Source of the DNA: Thermoplasmata archaeon
GTDB lineage: Archaea > Thermoplasmatota > Thermoplasmata > Thermoplasmatales > ARK-15
Reading direction: 5' to 3'
Assembly (NCBI GenBank): GCA_023261745.1
Contig: JAGDXR010000040.1
Coordinates: 4,682 to 43,969 of the forward strand
DNA: 39,288 nucleotides
Made by a program: the position numbers and the translations under genes. Under the pieces are notes generated by a model. That model worked only from the letters and a program-made list of their open reading frames with translations. It was not told the DNA's origin and ran no database searches. Shown one piece after another: positions 33,566 through 39,288 of this stretch. Position 1 is the first letter of the stretch. Each line of letters begins with the position of its first letter.

Positions 33566-36316
33566 TAGAGGTACATTGCATTTTGGACAGAATGCTTCTT
33601 GATTTGGTAATTCCGTTTCGCACATTGGACAGAAACTTTTTTCCTCATTCCTGACAACATTAAATAATTTTATGCTTGAAAGATAATCCTTTGCAACCTT
33701 TATTTTGTTTATTGATATTCCTGTTTTGTCAGAGATTTCTTTGATATCTGCATTTCTTATATCCTCTATTGTCCTGTAACCTGAATTGAACATCTTTTCT
33801 GCATCCTGAAGAGTAAATGAAGGAAGTTTAGATATTGATTTAATCTTATATTTTGCGTATAATGGAGTGATTCCTATTTCTACATCCCCTTCCATTATAT
33901 CATTAAAGGATCTCACCAGTGCTTCAACTATCTGGTCAGTAAAATTCATTTCCGCTATTTTCAATTCCCTTATCATCTGATCCTTCCTTTTATTTATGAT
34001 ATTTTTTAAATACATTGAATTGGTAAGACTTACTTTGATAATATCATCAAATTCGGTATTTATCTGATACTTCATATAAGAAATCCTTCTCAATAATTTT
34101 TTATAAATTTTTTCTTCCTCAAGTGAATCATCTTCATTGAAATCTATGTAAAATTTGAATTCTCCTATTTCCTTGTAGGCAAATCCTTGGGGCAGCTGAT
34201 ATTCAAACTTTACCATTGAGGGGGTTATTGTTATCAGCTGACCCTCTACTCCTACATTATATCCATTTAACTCTATTTCACTTTTTAATTTTCTTGCATC
34301 CAGTTTTGATAATATAAGTTCAAGGGTGTTTGCCATGGGTTTGTATATATCCCCCAGCTTTTCCCTGTTTAATATTATCTTGTATTCTTTTCCCTTCCAT
34401 GAATCGGTTATCTCAATATCCATAGAATTCAAAAATCTCCTTATCTGGACTTTCATGTTAACCAGAACAGGATTGTATTTCATCTGTGTTTCAATAATTA
34501 TTTTTTTGACCGGTTTTGACTGTTCCCACTCCCTCTCCTTCTTTAATTTTTTCAGCTCATTTTCAAAAATAAACAATGATTCCACGAGGTTTTCAAGGGC
34601 CTCGTTTACCATATATTTTCCTCTCTCAATTTTGACAATGTCAAAATCGGTTTTTGATACAAATTCTAAGATGGTACTTGGGAAAAATGGATATGATATG
34701 GAAATGAACTCCTGAAGTACATCTCTGTTAACCAGATCCTTTCTTATCATTTTCAGATATTTCTTGGAAAATAATTCCACAAAATTGTAGTATTCCTTTA
34801 CAATGTTTACAATATTGAAATTTTCAAAATTCTCATGAAATATTTTCTTTAATCTTTCAGCCCTGGAGAGTATCCATTCATCCAGGACATTTGCATTCTT
34901 TCTTGTTCCATATATTAAAGAAAATCTTAGAATGTTGTCTATGTAACTCCTTATTTTATCGGCCTTGTCAATGTCCTCAATATTCAGAACACCGGATTTT
35001 TTGGATGCAGATGTAATCCTGAAAAGTTCAGGATCACTTTCCATTATGTTTATTTTATTAGAATCAACATAATCAATGTAAATGTCTTCAATGTAATTTG
35101 TTTTTGTTGCTGATATAAAATTAATTAACATTGAAATATTTTTTAATTTTTTATGATTGATCTTTATTTTGTTTTTTATGGAGTTTGAAAATGCGTAGAT
35201 TCCAACAGGTAAAATATTTGGATCATAGGAATATTTCAGAACCATTCTTCCTCCACAGCTACAATCCTTTTCTTCCTTTCCGAATTCTATCTTACCGCAT
35301 TTTTCACATTCCAGTATAGGCAATCTTGGATAGTTCTTGAATTCCTTGGAAATCATAATGGATTTTCTGTAAACCTGTTTTTCAATGCTCTTGGGATGTA
35401 TTCTTACATTTAGCTGGTCAACAGTTAAAAATACTGCATTCTGCCTTTTCTTTCTTACCTTCTTATTACAGTACTTGCATTTTGGAATGTTTCCCATTAC
35501 ATCATCATGATCTATTATTTCAACTTCCAGTTTCACGCTCCTGTCCACATACTTTTCATCAGATGCATTAACATCACCTGATAATATTCGTGTTTGCAGA
35601 TTGGGTTGTATTATTGGTTTAAATAATTTGAAATAACTCTGAATGTCTGTGCCCATTTTTTCTTCATATTTTGCCGGGAATATCACTTTCTTTTCTATTA
35701 ATTTATTATATGTATTTCTCTCTATAACCCATCTTTCATTTCCTTCATTCTGAATATAAAAAATATCATAAGAATTGATCGTCAACCCCTGTGCAGATAA
35801 TACAACATCTTCAGGACCATAGAAAATAAAAAATGTATTGTTATCTATCTTTATTTTTGCATATAAAATCTTGCTTTCCCCAAGTTCAAACATGATGTCC
35901 TGCTTTGAGAGGGCAGTTTTACAGAAATCACAGTAGTATTTTGGGCTTCCATCGACATATAATTTTCCAGAGGAATATAGATTACCTATAATATTATCAA
36001 GCTGCGAGATTGATTTGATATCGGATGATATAAGAGATACACCATTAGTAATATTTTTCATGAGATTTTTAATCTGTACAAAATTTACCTGTGTTTTTTT
36101 AACAGATGTTGGGGGTAGTGCTATAATGGGAATGACCAAACTACCTTCCACAAGATTCATTCCATATGATAATATAATCTTTTTATTTGGATTTTTAAAT
36201 AAAATTTCATCTAACCTATGATAAATATCCGAATAAGAAATCGAAACTAACATTTCATTATCGGGTGGAAGTTCTATTGGATAGGTCCCACCTGTTAATT
36301 TTCTTTCACCCATCAT
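33554..36316 (-). CDS. Class-Ia aminoacyl-tRNA-synthetase-like protein (IleRS/ValRS/LeuRS architecture) with degenerate catalytic motifs and C-terminal HhH-like segment plus zinc ribbon
   Basis: The block order matches class-Ia aaRS. PIELPPDNEMLVSISY sits in place of the HIGH region. Then GKLYVDGSPKYYCDFCKTALSKQDI, IPKCKYCNKKVRKKRQNAVFLTVD and CSCGGRMVLKYSYDPNILPVGIYAF. SASKKSGVLNIEDIDKADKIRSY sits in place of KMSKS. Anticodon-binding-like DEWILSRAERLKK...YYNFVELFSKKYLKMIRKDL. C-terminal CPMCETELPNQEAFCPKCNVPL. Confidence 0.6.
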   Translation of the reverse strand: MMGERKLTGGTYPIELPPDNEMLVSISYSDIYHRLDEILFKNPNKKIILSYGMNLVEGSLVIPIIALPPTSVKKTQVNFVQIKNLMKNITNGVSLISSDIKSISQLDNIIGNLYSSGKLYVDGSPKYYCDFCKTALSKQDIMFELGESKILYAKIKIDNNTFFIFYGPEDVVLSAQGLTINSYDIFYIQNEGNERWVIERNTYNKLIEKKVIFPAKYEEKMGTDIQSYFKLFKPIIQPNLQTRILSGDVNASDEKYVDRSVKLEVEIIDHDDVMGNIPKCKYCNKKVRKKRQNAVFLTVDQLNVRIHPKSIEKQVYRKSIMISKEFKNYPRLPILECEKCGKIEFGKEEKDCSCGGRMVLKYSYDPNILPVGIYAFSNSIKNKIKINHKKLKNISMLINFISATKTNYIEDIYIDYVDSNKINIMESDPELFRITSASKKSGVLNIEDIDKADKIRSYIDNILRFSLIYGTRKNANVLDEWILSRAERLKKIFHENFENFNIVNIVKEYYNFVELFSKKYLKMIRKDLVNRDVLQEFISISYPFFPSTILEFVSKTDFDIVKIERGKYMVNEALENLVESLFIFENELKKLKKEREWEQSKPVKKIIIETQMKYNPVLVNMKVQIRRFLNSMDIEITDSWKGKEYKIILNREKLGDIYKPMANTLELILSKLDARKLKSEIELNGYNVGVEGQLITITPSMVKFEYQLPQGFAYKEIGEFKFYIDFNEDDSLEEEKIYKKLLRRISYMKYQINTEFDDIIKVSLTNSMYLKNIINKRKDQMIRELKIAEMNFTDQIVEALVRSFNDIMEGDVEIGITPLYAKYKIKSISKLPSFTLQDAEKMFNSGYRTIEDIRNADIKEISDKTGISINKIKVAKDYLSSIKLFNVVRNEEKSFCPMCETELPNQEAFCPKCNVPLSWD

Positions 36317-36365
36317 TTTGATTTTTAATCGTTATATTTCATTATAAATTTATCTATTTGTTACA

Positions 36366-37769
36366 TCAATTTTTTATATATTTTTTCATAACATCCGGAA
36401 TTAAATCAATCATTTCACTCGTATAATAGAAGTTTGAATGTTTCTCAAATGCTTCAATGCCTGAATTTCCAACTATGAAAGAACCCATACATGCCGCATG
36501 ATAAGGATCTATACCCCTTGCCATTAACCCTGCAATTACACCTGTTAAAACGTCTCCTGTTCCACCCCTAGTCATGGAAGGATGGTGAAATATTGCATTT
36601 CTTTTTAACCTTTCACCATCGGTAATTATATCCGTACTACCCTTTACCAGTATTGTTACATTCAATTTCATTGAATAATTCTTAATTACCTCCTCAATGG
36701 GATCTTCACCAAACATTTCCCTGAATTCACCTCTGTGAGGTGTTAGTACACCAAGATTTTTAAAATTTATATTTTTTACTGCAAGCAGGGCATCTGCATC
36801 TACAACAACCTTTCTTTTGTTTTCAATTGCAAAATTAACTATTTCCCTGACAGTTTTTAAAACATCTTCATTTGTTGATATCCCCGGTCCAATCGCAAGA
36901 ACTACATCCTTTTCCTTCATCATATCTTTCATCTCATGTGTCAGTTCGATGTATTCATTACCTCCATTACGTAGAATCATATCATTGAAATTCGCACCCA
37001 GTATTGAATGGATGGACTTGGGTGAAAAGAGGTAAACCAGATCCACTCCCATCCTGCCTGCAGCCTTTGATACATATAGAGGTGCACCAAAATAATGTAT
37101 GCTCCCGGCTACAACCATCACCAGACCATTCATCCCTTTATGTGATTCCTTACCGTTCATTCTATATAAAATCATTTCACCTGGACCCACGGATTCAATT
37201 ACTTCCAAGGGAAAACCAACATTCGCAACCACTATTTTTCCACAGCAGTTTTCATCCATACCCTTCTTAATAAATTGCATCGTGACCGTTAAAGTCGGTT
37301 TTATTCTAACCTTTGTGGGAAAACCGCTCGGTACATCAACTGAAATTACACGTTTCCCTGATTCATTGACTTTCTGAATTATACTTCTGAAAGGTTCCCT
37401 TGGCTCATTGTTTAATCCAATCCCTAACATGGCATCTATGATCATATCATATTCATCCAATGATAATTTATCATCCATTATGACACCTTTCTGTAAAGCT
37501 TCATTGTATTTTTTTATGCAAAGTTCAGATGCTGGAGGGGAAACCGGATATCCATGAACTTCGAAACCATTCATTTTTAGTTCTCTGGCAGCAACATAGC
37601 CATCCCCTCCATTATTACCTGAACCGCATATGACAAGGATTTTTGTTGGTTTGAATGATATCGCCTCAGATGCAACTGATTTTCCTGCATTTTCCATTAA
37701 ACTTTCCATATTGATATTGAAAAATTCAGCATTTTTATCCAGTATTCTTGCATCATCTATATCGTACAT
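36366..37769 (-). CDS. nnr: Bifunctional NAD(P)H-hydrate repair enzyme (NAD(P)HX epimerase / ADP-dependent dehydratase, YjeF family)
   Basis: YjeF-N block ILVICGSGNNGGDGYVAAREL. C-terminal carbohydrate-kinase block GMNGLVMVVAGS...GAPLY and TRGGTGDVLTGVIAGL. Confidence 0.9.
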   Translation of the reverse strand: MYDIDDARILDKNAEFFNINMESLMENAGKSVASEAISFKPTKILVICGSGNNGGDGYVAARELKMNGFEVHGYPVSPPASELCIKKYNEALQKGVIMDDKLSLDEYDMIIDAMLGIGLNNEPREPFRSIIQKVNESGKRVISVDVPSGFPTKVRIKPTLTVTMQFIKKGMDENCCGKIVVANVGFPLEVIESVGPGEMILYRMNGKESHKGMNGLVMVVAGSIHYFGAPLYVSKAAGRMGVDLVYLFSPKSIHSILGANFNDMILRNGGNEYIELTHEMKDMMKEKDVVLAIGPGISTNEDVLKTVREIVNFAIENKRKVVVDADALLAVKNINFKNLGVLTPHRGEFREMFGEDPIEEVIKNYSMKLNVTILVKGSTDIITDGERLKRNAIFHHPSMTRGGTGDVLTGVIAGLMARGIDPYHAACMGSFIVGNSGIEAFEKHSNFYYTSEMIDLIPDVMKKYIKN

Positions 37770-37817
37770 AAATAATGATATGAAAAAAGAATATAATATT
37801 TTATTTCAATTTTTATT

Positions 37818-39098
37818 TTATAAATTTTCTTTTATTTCTATTATTTTATCTAAATCCATCCTTGTGAAATCAACTAAAAATAACGTGATTATAGCTATCA
37901 ATAAAGAAGCCACCCCAAGATACTGCATGTTAACTATTGCCGTCCTGGATTCAAATTCCGATGAACCTACAAAAAATAAACCCAGTAAAGAACCGAATTT
38001 CCCCATCATAACAGCAAAACCATAAGCAGATCCTCTGTACTCGGTTTTTGCAAGTTCAGCGGGAAAGATTCCTACCGTGGTGCTGACGAACTGGATAAAA
38101 ATTTCTGCAACGGCAATTGAAAATATTAAAACTGATATCGATGAATTTATCCATATCGGTATAGTAAAAAGTACTATCGACACACCTATTGATCCTGTTA
38201 TTTGCAGAATCTTTCTCCCTATAATATCTACTATATACATAACTATAATTGAAACTGATATTATGAGTCCACCAATTAAAAATGCTGTTATTAATTCAAC
38301 TGTATTGAGAAATAAAATCTGTTTACCCATTCTGGATAGAATGTAAGGTAAAAACAATGATGTCCCATAGGCTGCCATATCAAATAAAAACCAGTTTATG
38401 GAATTTAAAATTGTATATTTCCCTCCACGACCAGAAAACATTGATCTGACAATCTCAATACCATAGGATTTACCCTTAAGATTTTCCCATTTTTGGGATT
38501 CTGAAATTCTGCTCCTAAAATATATTGCAAATGGTGCAGGTATTAATCCTATACCTATTAAGAGCCGCCAGCCCACTGGATCTGCGGGCATAATCAGGGG
38601 AATCACAAAAGATATCAAAACACCAAAGGTTGCTCCGAGGGTGTAAACTACGTTGAGAAAAGCAAGATATTTCCCCCTGACATTGGGGTTGGAAAATTCA
38701 GCCACATATGAATTGGCTATTGGAAATTCTGAACCCATGAAAAATCCAAATAGAATTCTCATTATAACATTAATATAAAAAATTTCAAAAGATATTGATA
38801 ATAAACCAAATATTAAAAGAAAAATCAGATTTAATACATACATTCTTTTTCTGCCAAAAATATCAGTAAGAATTCCAGAAAACATGGGGCCAATAAGATA
38901 ACCTAAAAGGATTGCACCTAAAAATATTGTTGTTGTTAAAGGTTGTATTAAATATGGATAAAATGTATTTTTCATGTATATAATTCCCCATGGAAGAATT
39001 CCTACCTCATAACCAGATATGAATAGTGATGTTGAAAAAATAAATAAAACGTATATGTATTCCCTTTTTAATTTTCTTTGTGATCCAGTTTCTTCCAT
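37818..39098 (-). CDS. MFS transporter (12-TM, sugar-porter-like)
   Basis: The MFS loop 2-3 motif GILTDIFGRKRMY and a second-half repeat IVDIIGRKIL. 12 hydrophobic segments. Confidence 0.8.
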   Translation of the reverse strand: MEETGSQRKLKREYIYVLFIFSTSLFISGYEVGILPWGIIYMKNTFYPYLIQPLTTTIFLGAILLGYLIGPMFSGILTDIFGRKRMYVLNLIFLLIFGLLSISFEIFYINVIMRILFGFFMGSEFPIANSYVAEFSNPNVRGKYLAFLNVVYTLGATFGVLISFVIPLIMPADPVGWRLLIGIGLIPAPFAIYFRSRISESQKWENLKGKSYGIEIVRSMFSGRGGKYTILNSINWFLFDMAAYGTSLFLPYILSRMGKQILFLNTVELITAFLIGGLIISVSIIVMYIVDIIGRKILQITGSIGVSIVLFTIPIWINSSISVLIFSIAVAEIFIQFVSTTVGIFPAELAKTEYRGSAYGFAVMMGKFGSLLGLFFVGSSEFESRTAIVNMQYLGVASLLIAIITLFLVDFTRMDLDKIIEIKENL

Positions 39099-39288
39099 TT
39101 ACTGATGATATGTAAATTAATTATATATATTTTAATTATCAGAGTTTTTCCTAAATTTTATTCATTGAGTTTTAAGAATTGTATAGAACTTGTATTTTAA
39201 TCACCTGACTTTTTAGGTATTTTTATACACTAAGTCTCTTATTTTTTCCTGGATTGAACTTAATTCTACCAATGTTTCCCATTTAAAT

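Noticed and set aside
39139-39150. ATCAGAGTTT word shared with the region just 5' of repeat copy A (27082-27089)
   Set aside because: Only about 10-11 nt match, with no continuation into the CTTCCCTCAA core. This is compatible with chance in an A+T-rich sequence.
39100-39216. Possible C/D box sRNA upstream of the MFS gene (plus strand CTGATGA at ~39103 and CCTGAC at ~39213; minus strand GTGATTA ... AATGAATA ... CTGA)
   Set aside because: The box spacing is wrong (about 105 nt on plus). On minus, D' is missing and C and C' each carry mismatches. There is no terminal stem. This is not supportable without a covariance search.
1-39288. CRISPR arrays, rRNA genes, tandem-repeat arrays
   Set aside because: No regularly spaced direct repeats and no rRNA-like conserved blocks were seen while reading the intergenic regions. 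All intergenic gaps are under 300 nt.

Overview
This window is archaeal chromosome, low in G+C, with GGTGAT/GGAGG Shine-Dalgarno motifs and many ATGA-type gene overlaps. The gene content looks Thermoplasmata-like, but that is inference only because no search was possible. About two thirds is core information-processing DNA. On the minus strand, 9.4-22.4 kb holds the complete L3-L4-L23-L2-S19-L22-S3-L29-Rpp29-S17-L14-L24-S4e-L5-S14-S8-L6-L32e-L19e-L18-S5-L30-L15-SecY block. It continues with adk, a DUF106/EMC3-like insertase, cmk, cbf5 and nop5 (6.0-9.4 kb). A second conserved cluster at 24.4-26.5 kb runs tRNA-Ala, S19e, PDCD5-like, L39e, L31e, aIF6. Three small genes absent from the ORF track were found by hand: L37e (4460-4624), S14 (15107-15268) and L39e (25368-25523). 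Other housekeeping genes are ftsZ, an Sm protein, purF, pcm, an NPPY methyltransferase, a UPF0173 hydrolase, glyA, rpe, nnr, a creatininase-family protein, an MFS transporter and a SemiSWEET-like gene next to a partial tRNA-Phe. The unusual content falls into five groups. (1) A 920-aa protein (33554-36316) has the block order of a class-Ia aminoacyl-tRNA synthetase, but the HIGH, KMSKS and editing motifs are degenerate, and it carries an added C-terminal HhH plus zinc ribbon. (2) An 850-aa AAA/STAND-like ATPase with wHTH and TPR regions and an atypical Walker A lies directly upstream of ftsZ. (3) A small accessory islet (26.46-30.8 kb) holds a wHTH regulator, two uncharacterised membrane proteins, a TPR protein, a decayed IS200/IS605-type tnpB with a G+C-rich structured 3' block (omega-RNA-like), and a duplicated ~57-nt promoter-proximal module. 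(4) SecY has an ~83-aa, two-helix N-terminal extension. (5) There are several long same-strand gene overlaps and a twin-hairpin leader ahead of rpl3. No CRISPR array, rRNA or intact mobile element was seen.
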